Shown here piece by piece: positions 9,449 to 19,394 of a stretch of DNA of 64,000 nucleotides (within the stretch, counting starts at the first letter, position 1; every line of letters begins with the position of its first letter). Origin of the DNA: Candidatus Obscuribacterales bacterium. GTDB lineage: Bacteria; Cyanobacteriota; Vampirovibrionia; Obscuribacterales; Obscuribacteraceae. Made by a program: the position numbers and the translations under genes. The stretch is from contig CBDDIJ010000005.1 of NCBI GenBank assembly GCA_965228855.1, positions 1,280,001 to 1,344,000 of the forward strand, read 5' to 3'. The notes beneath the pieces were generated by a model. That model made no database searches and was not told the DNA's origin. It worked only from the letters and a program-made list of their open reading frames with translations.

Positions 9449-10690
9449 TCAGTGAGCTCCATATGCGAGAAATCCCACAAAACCAAGAACAAGAGCGATT
9501 AGAGCAACGATGCCGACTTGAATCAACTTCTTCCTCTTTTTGGCGGCCCGGATGCTAGCGATTTGCATTTGCTCTCTGCGCGGAAACACTTCGAGCCTTT
9601 CCATAAGTTTCGCAATTGATTCGAAGCGAACGTTGGGATCTTTCTCAAGACAACGCTCAATAGTTTCTTCCAGGTCCTTGGGACGAGAAGCATCGAACTT
9701 TATGTTGGAAATTCTTGGAGGAAGCTTGAGTGAATGCGAGTTTTTTATTTCGCGAACACTGCCATCCATGAACGGCGGTCTCCCCGTCAGCAGAGCATAG
9801 CCGACGCATCCGACGGAGTAAACTTCGGACTTCTCGTTGTAGTCCATATTCCGCGTCTCGTCCGAAGAGAGGTAAAACGCATCTTTAGGATCCGTCAACT
9901 CATCAGTCTCTTTTACCTTCGGCATCGCAAAATCCATAAGCAACACGGAAGGCTCGGAGTTCATGTCATCAACAAAAACAATGTTTGTTGCTTTCACATC
10001 GCGATGTAGCACATTCTGTTTCTGGGCGTACTGAATTGCCTCTCCAATCGCAAGCAAAATCTTGACTGCGATATCAAAGCTAGGCACGCCATGAACAGCA
10101 AGATATTGTTCCAAATTAAAACCATCTTTATACTCAGTCACCAGATATGGTGTCGTATTGTTGAGAATGCCGTGGTCGACAATCTTGGAGATGTTAGTGT
10201 GAGTTAGCTGTTTGTTTTTCCGAACTTCCTGATCGAAAGTCTTTACTGCAGCGGGATTCATTCGTTTGAAACACTTGACCGCAACTTTGGTTCCACGCTG
10301 ACGGTCCCTGGCCAATATTGTAACAGCGCGGCTTCCATCACCTAAGACACTGAGCGGCACATAACGTTCCGCAGGAAAGGCGTTGTCACCCAGTCCCACT
10401 GATTGCAAATCCAGCGTGACCGCATCAATCTCATTCTGTTTGATGTAAGTGGGACATTTTGTCGCCGCAGGTGTTTCGCAAGCGCAAATATCAGGAGCAA
10501 CAGTACGCCCCGGTGTTCCTGCAAATATCCGTTTCTTACAAGTCGCGCAAAGATCGATAGAGAACTGCGAGTTGGGCGCGTATGGACGAAAGCATCGGCA
10601 AAATGAGACCCACTGAGTGGTTGGCTTTACGCCTTCCGGCACGAACGGTTTCAGACAATCTTGGCAAATTGGATTAGGCAAATTTTCCAT
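9449..10690 (-). CDS. Hanks-type Ser/Thr protein kinase(-like) with N-terminal Cys cluster and C-terminal TM helix
   Basis: Motifs VAVKCF, HRDVKATN, DFA and LLTGRPPF. The N-terminus has CQDC/CRC/CATC/CAC and the C-terminus is hydrophobic. Confidence 0.88.
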   Translation of the reverse strand: MENLPNPICQDCLKPFVPEGVKPTTQWVSFCRCFRPYAPNSQFSIDLCATCKKRIFAGTPGRTVAPDICACETPAATKCPTYIKQNEIDAVTLDLQSVGLGDNAFPAERYVPLSVLGDGSRAVTILARDRQRGTKVAVKCFKRMNPAAVKTFDQEVRKNKQLTHTNISKIVDHGILNNTTPYLVTEYKDGFNLEQYLAVHGVPSFDIAVKILLAIGEAIQYAQKQNVLHRDVKATNIVFVDDMNSEPSVLLMDFAMPKVKETDELTDPKDAFYLSSDETRNMDYNEKSEVYSVGCVGYALLTGRPPFMDGSVREIKNSHSLKLPPRISNIKFDASRPKDLEETIERCLEKDPNVRFESIAKLMERLEVFPRREQMQIASIRAAKKRKKLIQVGIVALIALVLGFVGFLAYGAH

Positions 10691-10770
10691 GCACGAATTG
10701 TAGCAGAGCGGCATATTCAGAAGGTTAGTCGAGGATGATTTATGAACAATCAATTCAGTTTTTCAGCCAA

Positions 10771-11433
10771 TCAGAGCAGGCAAGACTCCGCATCTTGCTG
10801 AAGAAGAGGCACAACGTAGGTGCGTAAAAACGGATACATACTTGTGCCGAAATGGGTACCAAAATGAAGACTGCGCATCATCAAAGGACTCCAGTTTATC
10901 TCTTGCAATTTCTCATACTGGCTTGCATTCTGAAAACCAACACAACCAGCAGCTTTTGTCCTGACACCATCAGCGGTGCAGACTACTGATGTACACAGTC
11001 CGAGCCAGAATAAATCGAAACTGGAATTGAACGAATAGACCTTTGTTTTCACCGCACGCAATGCCGGATGCAAATCAAACATAGGCGAAACAGCCGGAGC
11101 CAGCAATATGACCGTTTCAACCGAGTCCGGTGGCAAAAGCTCAAGCGCCTTCAGCGCGACTCCCGTTCCTCCACTTTTGGCCACTAAACTCACCCGTCGA
11201 CCGGACAAATGCAACTCTTCAATCGTCAATGCAAGATTAGCAGCCTTTGCATACATATGTTCGCGGTCACGGATGTCCGCTACCAGGCGCCCAAATCCGT
11301 GCCCCCAGACGTAGTGACGGACGTCATGATTTCCACCAGCCAATTTAATTGCGAGCCTGGTAGTGGCAGGCATAACACCGGAGCTGCCAACGCCATCAAT
11401 TGTGAAAACGACCATCGGTTTATCTATCGTCAT
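10771..11433 (-). CDS. alpha/beta hydrolase fold protein
   Basis: Nucleophile-elbow-like LVAKSGGT and VILLAPAVS. Confidence 0.7.
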   Translation of the reverse strand: MTIDKPMVVFTIDGVGSSGVMPATTRLAIKLAGGNHDVRHYVWGHGFGRLVADIRDREHMYAKAANLALTIEELHLSGRRVSLVAKSGGTGVALKALELLPPDSVETVILLAPAVSPMFDLHPALRAVKTKVYSFNSSFDLFWLGLCTSVVCTADGVRTKAAGCVGFQNASQYEKLQEINWSPLMMRSLHFGTHFGTSMYPFLRTYVVPLLQQDAESCLL

Positions 11434-11730
11434 ACTCTCACGCTACCACGGCTCTATAACTTCCGAGGACAAAGTCAACACTTAACGAAGTGGATCGATA
11501 AGCAGCGAGTTCCGCAACCCGGATTACGATCTAATTTTGTAACCTCAAGTAAAACTAACAAGATATTTGGTGCACCAGCTGCAGTGCTCGCTTTGAAACT
11601 TTTTCGGCGCTAATCATGTGAGAGCTTTGTTAATACGACCGGCGCGTAGTCACTTTCATCGCTACCGGCAAACATGGGTCGTGATAAGACTTTAGAACGC
11701 CATCGCAACGCATCACCGAGGAGCTCATTT

Positions 11731-12648
11731 ATGCGCCTGATTCCTCTTTTTGTTCTACTCATGACCTCGCTGTCGACCACAGTCCCTGTTCAAGCTGCGC
11801 CATGGGAGCCGTCACCCGGGCACAAACAAATTCCGCTCTGGCCGAAAACTCCGCCACATCCGCTTCCCACTGAAGGGCCCGAGCAAGCACTGGAAGCGGA
11901 AAACAAGGTCGCTGGAAAGTCCTGGACTTACGTGACCAATGTGTCAAAGCCGACGATGACTGTTTATTCTCCGCACGGGAAAAATTCTGGAGCGGCATGC
12001 GTAGTATTTCCTGGTGGCGGATATAAAATTCTGGCGATCGATCTTGAAGGAACCGAAATTTGCGAGTGGCTAAATTCAAAAGGAATTACGGCCGTCCTGC
12101 TTAAATACCGGGTGCCGAACAAGGGCTCCTACCCTAAATCTCCGGTCGCACTTGATGATGCGCAAAGAGCGATTGGCTTAGTGCGACTGCACGCGAAAGA
12201 GTGGAAGATCGACCCAGACAAAGTTGGAGTAATTGGATTCTCCGCCGGTGGACACCTCGTAGCGGCGACCAGCACATACTTCAGGAAACGCGTCTACACG
12301 CCAGTAGACGCCGCTGACAAAGAAAGTTGTAGACCTGACTTCGCGCTGTCGATTTATCCAGGACATCTGTGGAATGACAGATCGAAGTTCATCCTTAATC
12401 CTGCAGTACCTGTAACACAAAGAACGCCACCAACCTTCTTGTTGCAAGCAGAAGACGACAAGGTAGATCCGCCCGAACATTCGCTGGTGTATTATCGCGA
12501 ACTAAAAAAAGCGGGAGTGCCGGTGGAGATGCACCTGTATCCCAAAGGCGGTCACGCCTTCGGTTTGCGCGCAACGAAGCAGCCAATCACACGCTGGCCT
12601 GAACTGGCTGCTACCTGGTTGGCATCAATCGGAATGATTCCGGAGTAA
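11731..12648 (+). CDS. exported alpha/beta hydrolase (esterase, BD-FAE/xylan esterase-like)
   Basis: Motifs PGGGY, GFSAGG and GGHAFG. Signal peptide, with a GAGGAG RBS before the ATG at 11731. Confidence 0.88.
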   Translation: MRLIPLFVLLMTSLSTTVPVQAAPWEPSPGHKQIPLWPKTPPHPLPTEGPEQALEAENKVAGKSWTYVTNVSKPTMTVYSPHGKNSGAACVVFPGGGYKILAIDLEGTEICEWLNSKGITAVLLKYRVPNKGSYPKSPVALDDAQRAIGLVRLHAKEWKIDPDKVGVIGFSAGGHLVAATSTYFRKRVYTPVDAADKESCRPDFALSIYPGHLWNDRSKFILNPAVPVTQRTPPTFLLQAEDDKVDPPEHSLVYYRELKKAGVPVEMHLYPKGGHAFGLRATKQPITRWPELAATWLASIGMIPE

Positions 12649-12654
12649 ACGAGC

Positions 12655-14592
12655 TCACAGTTTTGTGCGCTTCTCTATCAGCGTCGTGAGCGCTGCCGCA
12701 TCAAACGCCGGCAAGGAGCACGCTCCATTTCCGCAACTGAAAGCAGCTGCTTTTCCAAGTTCGGGGTATTCGACATCCATGTTGGGCAAGTTTCCCTCGT
12801 TTTTATCGAACCACTCCAGCCTTCGATAGACGGAAGGACTCTTGAGAGCGGTCGTGAACAGACTTTTCGCGACAGGATCGGTCTTGCCACCAACTATGGT
12901 GATGTGGAACGGCGCGCTGCCGATCTGGCTATCTGCCAGGAGAATACCGGCGACGAGTATACGGCGAGTCCGGGCAATCTCAGGCGTAGACAAATATCGC
13001 ATCGCCTGTTTTGACATATCCTGATAGTCTTTTTTACCGGTGTATTGAAACAGCAGGTTGCTAAAGCGTGCGAGCATAATGTTTTCATCGAGCAAGGGCA
13101 CAGGTTTCGCAATCTTGCTGGAGGTGGGGTCCGCAGTCAGATAGCCGGCTGTTTTTGATTTGTCTCCGCCGACGTAGTTGTCGAAGTGCTTGCCGATAAA
13201 CTCCGCGCAACCCTGAGCACGCTCCAACCATTTTTTGTCGGCAGTCGCTTCGTACAGCGACAGAAAAGCGCGCCCCATCGCCAGCGAATCACCCAGGAAC
13301 GGACCGGCAATATCCTTCTCGTCATGCCGGAAACCGCCACCATCGAGCGAGCGGTTCTTCAAAATCCAATCTGCCGCGTTTGTCGCCGCATCGAGATAGC
13401 TTTGTTCACCGGTCGCCATGTACAAATAAGCAAAACCGTTGATTGCCCAGCCGTTTTCTCGAGCATAGATATGCTTATCTACACGAGGGATGCCGCGCTT
13501 TCGACGCTTCGCATCGTTTAAATCAAAGTAGTCCTGACTGTGTTGACCAGGCACCAGATCCGCGTCTTGACTGGTATAGAATGCCCCCTCCGGCGACATC
13601 AAAAAGGTCTGCAAGTAGCCGGCGATACTTTTTGCAGCTTTCAGATAACTCGGTTTCTTATAAAGCATGCTCCCCATCGAGTAGATTCGCAGGTTTTCGC
13701 CTTGCATTTGCATAATCTTCTCAAAGTGCGGGTGTTTCCAATCGCCGTCGGTGGAATACTGGTAAACGCCTCCCCATACAGGGTCTAACAGATTCAGTTG
13801 GCCATCTAACGTAGCAGTGGCTCGTTTCACGGCCGCGGCATCGCCGGCGACACCACTCTGCATTGCATATTCAACGCTGTCCCAGTCAAGAAACTTGTGA
13901 TGCGTCCCCCAGGCACCGTATTTAGTATCGTATCCATCAACGTGCTTTCTCTGAAGCTCGTCTCGTATTTCCTTACTTAAGCTGCTCTCGACATTGTAGG
14001 CAGTCTCGGGCTTAGACGGCTTTTCCGGTGTCGGGTCTTGCTCGATTGCCGCCAATAGTTTCAACATCTTCTCGGGGTTAATATATCCCTGGCGCTTCAC
14101 GATCTCTTTGCCGTCTGCGTTGAAGATAATTGTTGCCGGCCATCCCCAGTCTTCGTATTTGTGACTGAGGTCCGGGCGAGAGTCCTGGTCGACCTTGACG
14201 AGTATGTATTTCGTCTTCAAAATCTCCGCCACTTCTGGATTGCCGTAGGTTTCTGCATCCATAACATGACACCAGTGACACCAAACAGCCTCGAGATCGA
14301 GCAAGATCAGCTTGTTCTCGCTTTTCGCGCGGTCAAATAATTTGTCGTCCCATTTCTCCCAGGTCAAGCCCGCCTTATTGTGTGAGACCTTCTCTCCGCC
14401 ATTCGCCTCAGCAACCTGAGTCGGCGCCGTCAGATTCCGCCGAGTTTCCGACGCGATCGAACTCTCGCCCACGGGAGCCGTCGAAACAGGCAATGCGAGC
14501 GCGCCCGCATGCACATGTACTTCGGCGGAAACCGCCGTTGCGGATAACGCCACCACTGCGGACAGAGACAACCAGGAGCGCAAAATCTTCAT
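12655..14592 (-). CDS. thioredoxin-domain protein, YyaL/SSP411 (DUF255) family
   Basis: Motifs WCHWCHVMD, DSRPDL, GWPAT, PHFEK and AFYTSQDAD, plus a signal peptide. Confidence 0.9.
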   Translation of the reverse strand: MKILRSWLSLSAVVALSATAVSAEVHVHAGALALPVSTAPVGESSIASETRRNLTAPTQVAEANGGEKVSHNKAGLTWEKWDDKLFDRAKSENKLILLDLEAVWCHWCHVMDAETYGNPEVAEILKTKYILVKVDQDSRPDLSHKYEDWGWPATIIFNADGKEIVKRQGYINPEKMLKLLAAIEQDPTPEKPSKPETAYNVESSLSKEIRDELQRKHVDGYDTKYGAWGTHHKFLDWDSVEYAMQSGVAGDAAAVKRATATLDGQLNLLDPVWGGVYQYSTDGDWKHPHFEKIMQMQGENLRIYSMGSMLYKKPSYLKAAKSIAGYLQTFLMSPEGAFYTSQDADLVPGQHSQDYFDLNDAKRRKRGIPRVDKHIYARENGWAINGFAYLYMATGEQSYLDAATNAADWILKNRSLDGGGFRHDEKDIAGPFLGDSLAMGRAFLSLYEATADKKWLERAQGCAEFIGKHFDNYVGGDKSKTAGYLTADPTSSKIAKPVPLLDENIMLARFSNLLFQYTGKKDYQDMSKQAMRYLSTPEIARTRRILVAGILLADSQIGSAPFHITIVGGKTDPVAKSLFTTALKSPSVYRRLEWFDKNEGNLPNMDVEYPELGKAAAFSCGNGACSLPAFDAAALTTLIEKRTKL

Positions 14593-14768
14593 ACCGAACG
14601 CCTCGAAGTATCGACGACAAACCCAAGCCTTGAATGATAGCAAAGCGCCCGGACTGTCGTTGTTAAACCAACAGTCCGACTTTATACGCCCAGAATGTTT
14701 GAATATCTGGCCGCCTCTGTAAGGTTAGTGTTAATTAGCGCTCCGTCTCTCATCGTGAGGCGCTGCCT

Positions 14769-17018
14769 CTACCGCTCCCAGTCGATGCGGTCGGCTCTAT
14801 AGCGGCTCATCCAGTGATTGTCACTGCCGGGACTTAACTGTGCCTCAGGCGGGACTTCTCCAGGTTTGCGCACGGCGTCGTAATCAAGCAGCACCACACC
14901 TTTGCCACCGCTCTTAGTTGGAACATATCCGAGCTGCGCGTGACCAAGGCTGGAGAAGCCTCCATCCCAGAAAACATAATTGCCGTCACGAGCAATATTA
15001 TCGTGAAACTCTCTCAAAGTCCGCGTTGAAACTGGCGTCTGAGCACGCTCCTGAATGTAGTACATGATAGGCTCGTGATTGACTTCAATTTGCGTGGGTT
15101 TCGTCATCAGTCTAGCGTCGAACCTAAATACGCCGTTGTCTGTCTCATAAGTTCTGCTGCCCCATTCCGGACGCCACAGCGGCTGACCATCCTTCCGATA
15201 CGGGCGATCCGTCATCTTGAGAATGCGACCATCAGCTAGTTCGAAGACGATGCTATCCGCACCGGCATCAACAACCCGCAAAGCCGGATCTTTGAAGTGC
15301 TTCATCTCTCTTGCGTACAGCTCGACCGGGCGGGGCGTCCGCAGTAGGTTTTTCGTCTCTGGGAGAAGAAGCAGGTCGGAAACAGTTGACGTGCGCCCCA
15401 GTTCAACCGCCGCACCATTGGCGGTGCTGACAGCCATTCGGTCAGTCGAGAACGAGAGCCTGTCAGCGACTTTCTGGAAGAAAACCGAACCGACGCCCAT
15501 GCGATCACCGAACAAATGTTTGCTCGCGCTCGGACCGCACAAACCAGGATTGCATGACGCAACGAGATCGACCGTAGAAGCCAGGTTCGTGCGAAGCGGA
15601 GTGCCGTCGTCCACATGCTGAACCAGCATTCTCTTCGTGTCACCAACCGGCTGACCGTTGGAAAGCTCGCGAACCTTTACGACTGCCGCAGCGGCTTTCG
15701 ACTGTCCGAGCATATCAAGCCCTTTCACATCGCCGCCGACAATTTGAAATTCGCGAGATGCGGTGGCAGGCCAAGACCGTTCGATGACGGGCTGTCTCTC
15801 CACGAGAAAGCGCGCGGTTTCATCACTAATCTGCAACTCCGCACCTTTGCCTGGCTTGCCATGAGCGAGTTGAGAGGTTTCCAATTTAGCGCCGCTCCCG
15901 GCCTCTCGAACAGCTCTGGCTAGCTGAGCGGGATCAGCAACCGCTTCAACTGTTGCCGCCGGGTTTCTAGTAAGCCCAAGCGATGATTCCCGCTGCATAG
16001 CCGCCAGGCGAGAGGCTCTCATTCCGCCAGGAATCGATGCGATTGCATCGGTGCCACCTCGCAATAAACCGCGCGTGACGATTGCACCGGCGTCAAACTC
16101 TCCCGACTTGAGCTGTTTCGATATCTCATCTCCACTTCCGGACGCAAAACCGAATGCGCCGGCCGTAGTCATAGTGGCAGTCAAAGCATTTTTCTGGATA
16201 GCGCCGCGTATCGCCTGATTCTGTAGAATCGCCTGACCGGTTCCGAAGACTGCGACATCCATTGCCAGACCGGCTGGATCCGCAGTTCTCGCGCCGATTC
16301 GACCGAAAGCACCAGTGACATCGAGTTTTCCAGTTTCAGTATTTATATAAGTTTGCCGGCTGAGCGAAGCATCGACAAAACGGTTTCCGACACCCATCGT
16401 GAGAGCTTTCGTTGCCACATCAGTGTTGGACCTCATGACGTTGTGAAAGAGTAGACCGGTCGCGGCGCCTTTTGAGGCCCCGAGGGTAAAGTCTAGAGCC
16501 TGGGTGCCGACCGAATCGGCAGGTCTGGCAGTGTTCAGTCCAAACGCCAGCGCCGTGTAAGCCAATCCCTTTTTACTGCCCATGAACAGGCCGGCTGTCT
16601 GCAGCATGCCGCCGCCATACAACTCAATCTCAGACTGCGTTTTAAGAGATGACCGGTCTGCACCGATCGCGCGACTAATTTCTTTGTCCAGTTCCGGAGA
16701 AGTCTCTTTAGAAGCCTTCTCCTGGAGCGCTTCGAGCTTCTTCAGGTTGGCTCCGCTCTGGTGAATCGGTTCGGTTAGATAGCTTAAGCCTGCCCCCATC
16801 CACGATTGCTCGGCGAGCTGGCGTTTATGGTCCGTAATCGACCGAGAGAGAGCCTCCGCAGGCGTATCAGCCTGAGACGCAGCCAGCTTCGCCAGGCTGG
16901 CGTTGTGGCTCGGTCGAATTCCAAAATCGCCGAAATCGGCAAAATAAGCACGCTCTCCGGTCCCCCCCGGTTTGCCGTGCTCCACCTCTTTCGCTGAATG
17001 TGATCCGCTTTCAACCAT
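14769..17018 (-). CDS. large hypothetical protein with Gly/Ala-rich helical region and C-terminal kinase-like domain
   Basis: 749 aa. C-terminal motifs AGADSIVFE, ILKMT, YYIQE, FWD and LLDY occur in kinase subdomain order. Confidence 0.7.
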   Translation of the reverse strand: MVESGSHSAKEVEHGKPGGTGERAYFADFGDFGIRPSHNASLAKLAASQADTPAEALSRSITDHKRQLAEQSWMGAGLSYLTEPIHQSGANLKKLEALQEKASKETSPELDKEISRAIGADRSSLKTQSEIELYGGGMLQTAGLFMGSKKGLAYTALAFGLNTARPADSVGTQALDFTLGASKGAATGLLFHNVMRSNTDVATKALTMGVGNRFVDASLSRQTYINTETGKLDVTGAFGRIGARTADPAGLAMDVAVFGTGQAILQNQAIRGAIQKNALTATMTTAGAFGFASGSGDEISKQLKSGEFDAGAIVTRGLLRGGTDAIASIPGGMRASRLAAMQRESSLGLTRNPAATVEAVADPAQLARAVREAGSGAKLETSQLAHGKPGKGAELQISDETARFLVERQPVIERSWPATASREFQIVGGDVKGLDMLGQSKAAAAVVKVRELSNGQPVGDTKRMLVQHVDDGTPLRTNLASTVDLVASCNPGLCGPSASKHLFGDRMGVGSVFFQKVADRLSFSTDRMAVSTANGAAVELGRTSTVSDLLLLPETKNLLRTPRPVELYAREMKHFKDPALRVVDAGADSIVFELADGRILKMTDRPYRKDGQPLWRPEWGSRTYETDNGVFRFDARLMTKPTQIEVNHEPIMYYIQERAQTPVSTRTLREFHDNIARDGNYVFWDGGFSSLGHAQLGYVPTKSGGKGVVLLDYDAVRKPGEVPPEAQLSPGSDNHWMSRYRADRIDWER

Positions 17019-17440
17019 GAAGTAACAATAAGATGAGGATTTGCCGTCGCCAATGGGGAAGTTCCCAAAGCCTACGGAAAACCCGTATATGGAATCATTG
17101 AGGCATAGACAACCAGGGTTTCTCGACTAGGGGATTTCAGAGAGTCGCCGTCCCCCAAGAGCTGCCAAGGGTGCCGCTTTTGTGAAATATGTAATTGAAA
17201 ATCTACTGATATTGATGTACAAATGTTCGGTTGTTCTGAAATAACGCAAGGCGCAAATCTGCGCAGGCGCCGCTATTTAGAACACCGCTCTCAAGAAGCA
17301 GAACGCCAACTTCAGCCCCTGAGCCTCTGCATCAATTCTGGTATCCCGCTCGCCCTCCATATGGAATCCCGTCGAGCCTTTTAGGCAGAACCAGCCACGC
17401 TTTTGCCTGGCGGACTGCTTGTTTGCCAGGAAATTTGATC

Positions 17441-18679
17441 GTGAAACAAACCGCACAACAGGTCGATTACAGGCTAGGAGAATTGCTGGTGGACCTTGGA
17501 GTCGCAGCACCAGCCGAGGTGATAAAGGGTTTGCGAGTATCAGCGCACACTTCGTTGCCACTTGGCAGAACACTTGTGATGCTTGATTACGTGCCTGATT
17601 TCGTGGTTCGCTCAGTGGTTGAAGCACAGTCGATGCTGAGAGACAGACTTCTGGAACTCAATCAGGCGAAACAGGCGCTTGCTATCGTAAACCGCAAACG
17701 CTGGTCGTTTTCAGACGCACTCATCTCTCTGGGTGTCGACGCTTCGGCGACAAAAGGCACTCGACTTGGCGAACTGTTGCGCGATGCCAATCGTTTGAAC
17801 TCACATCAGCTGGACCTGGGGCTGACGGTGTCCGATCACTCCGGGCTTCCGCTCGGTCAGGTGCTCGTTCTTCTGAGCAAGGTCACTGAAGATAAGGTCC
17901 GAATCACGCTCGCCATGCAACGCGAATTAAGAGCCAACAATCTGGAACGAAAGGATGTTTTGAAAAGACTGGCGAGCGACAACGGTGCAGGCGCAACTGC
18001 TCACAGTTTGCCGGCGTACGACTCGACCGCAAGGAAAATCAAACTCGGCGAATTGTTTATTTGCGCTGAAATCATCACGGAAGAAGAATTGCAGCAATCC
18101 CTGTCCACTGGCAAGGACTCTCAACAAATGCTTGGCGAAATCCTGCTGGACAAGCAGTGGATCTCGCAAGACATTTTAACTGCAGCATTGCGACTGCAAG
18201 CGCTGATCTGGGACGAAAAAATCGATGTGCGCAAAGCGACTGACGTTTTGCGTGAGGCTCATCGACTAGCAGGCACTCCGGACTCCGCCGATGTTGACGG
18301 TTTAATTGCCGACAGCGGAAATAAGAACGTTTCGCTCTATGAGTTCTTGCGGATCACGGGCTACCTGACAAAAGACAAAATTCGCGCGTCGCTCAAACGA
18401 GTTATGGACGAACCACGCCTGCTTGCTCTGGTGATGAACCATGCGAAAGAAACGGACAGCAGCAATAGCAACTATTTGGAAGACGCAACAAAACTAGCTC
18501 TTCGAGATGCGGCAACTTTGCGTTTTGTCATGAGTGAAACATTTCCAAGAGATCGCGGCTTGGTGGACTCTGCACTAGTCTTCCACCAACTCGTACAAGA
18601 AGGTAAATTGACTCTTTGTCAGGCTCTGGTGAACTACAGCATCAAGATAAACGGTATCGAATCCGACACCGCGATTTAG
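17441..18679 (+). CDS. stand-alone multi-MshEN (GspE N-terminal-type, putative c-di-GMP-binding) protein
   Basis: Six (R/P/K/M)LGxxL motifs in three pairs: RLGELL/PLGRTL, RLGELL/PLGQVL, KLGELF/MLGEIL. No Walker A motif. Confidence 0.75.
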   Translation: MKQTAQQVDYRLGELLVDLGVAAPAEVIKGLRVSAHTSLPLGRTLVMLDYVPDFVVRSVVEAQSMLRDRLLELNQAKQALAIVNRKRWSFSDALISLGVDASATKGTRLGELLRDANRLNSHQLDLGLTVSDHSGLPLGQVLVLLSKVTEDKVRITLAMQRELRANNLERKDVLKRLASDNGAGATAHSLPAYDSTARKIKLGELFICAEIITEEELQQSLSTGKDSQQMLGEILLDKQWISQDILTAALRLQALIWDEKIDVRKATDVLREAHRLAGTPDSADVDGLIADSGNKNVSLYEFLRITGYLTKDKIRASLKRVMDEPRLLALVMNHAKETDSSNSNYLEDATKLALRDAATLRFVMSETFPRDRGLVDSALVFHQLVQEGKLTLCQALVNYSIKINGIESDTAI

Positions 18680-18980
18680 CATGTGTCACGAAAATTCCAC
18701 AAAATCCTGAAATCATTAACATTGAGTGACCATGCTCACTCACACTGCTGCCCGTCATAACAACCGTATCACAGAAAGAAAACGTTACTCGACGTTTTCC
18801 AACTTGGCGCGAAACTAAAAATCAGTGTCAAACGGCAGCGACGTGCAATGCACTTCGCTACCTAGGCTCGCGATAAGAAGACCTCGGCTTTGCTCGAGAT
18901 CAGCTCATAGTGCTCGTTTGCGCAACGCCTTCGAGTTAAGTTAGCTGACCTTTTTCAAGAGTTGTCAGAACTACTTCGAA

Positions 18981-19382
18981 ATGTTTTTATCAGAGAAAAG
19001 AATGCAATTTACTGAATCGAATAAATTTACCGATAGCTTTGTCGCCATTGCGAACTTTCAACTCCTTGAACTTCGCATGGAAACGCTGCCTATCGGCTTA
19101 ATTTCAATCAATGGAGACGGACTTATTATTGCAGCAGACGCGTGGTCAGAGCGACTTCTGGGATACGAAAGAGGCTCACTGCGGAGCAAACATATCGGCA
19201 CCGTATTTAGTGACAATGGCAGAACGTTTATCGACATTGTTAACACAAAAGGGCCTGGTTACTTCGGGAAGAAGCGCGTAAAGACCTGCACTGGCAAAGA
19301 GTTGTACGTAAAAGTCGCAATGGCAACCGGTTTAGAAACGCGCTTACCAACTTTGCAAATTATATTTACGGATCTCGAATGA
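18981..19382 (+). CDS. small PAS-domain protein
   Basis: Sequence LPIGLISINGDGLIIAAD..SERLLGY..GSLRSKHI matches the PAS N-terminal pattern. Confidence 0.65.
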   Translation: MFLSEKRMQFTESNKFTDSFVAIANFQLLELRMETLPIGLISINGDGLIIAADAWSERLLGYERGSLRSKHIGTVFSDNGRTFIDIVNTKGPGYFGKKRVKTCTGKELYVKVAMATGLETRLPTLQIIFTDLE

Positions 19383-19394
19383 ACGAAAAGTGAT

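Noticed and set aside
18790..19015. Peptide FAQRLRVKLADLFQE resembling the end of an XRE HTH (possible pseudogene)
   Set aside because: The frame has two stops, no start or RBS, and no recognisable HTH core. The resemblance could be chance.
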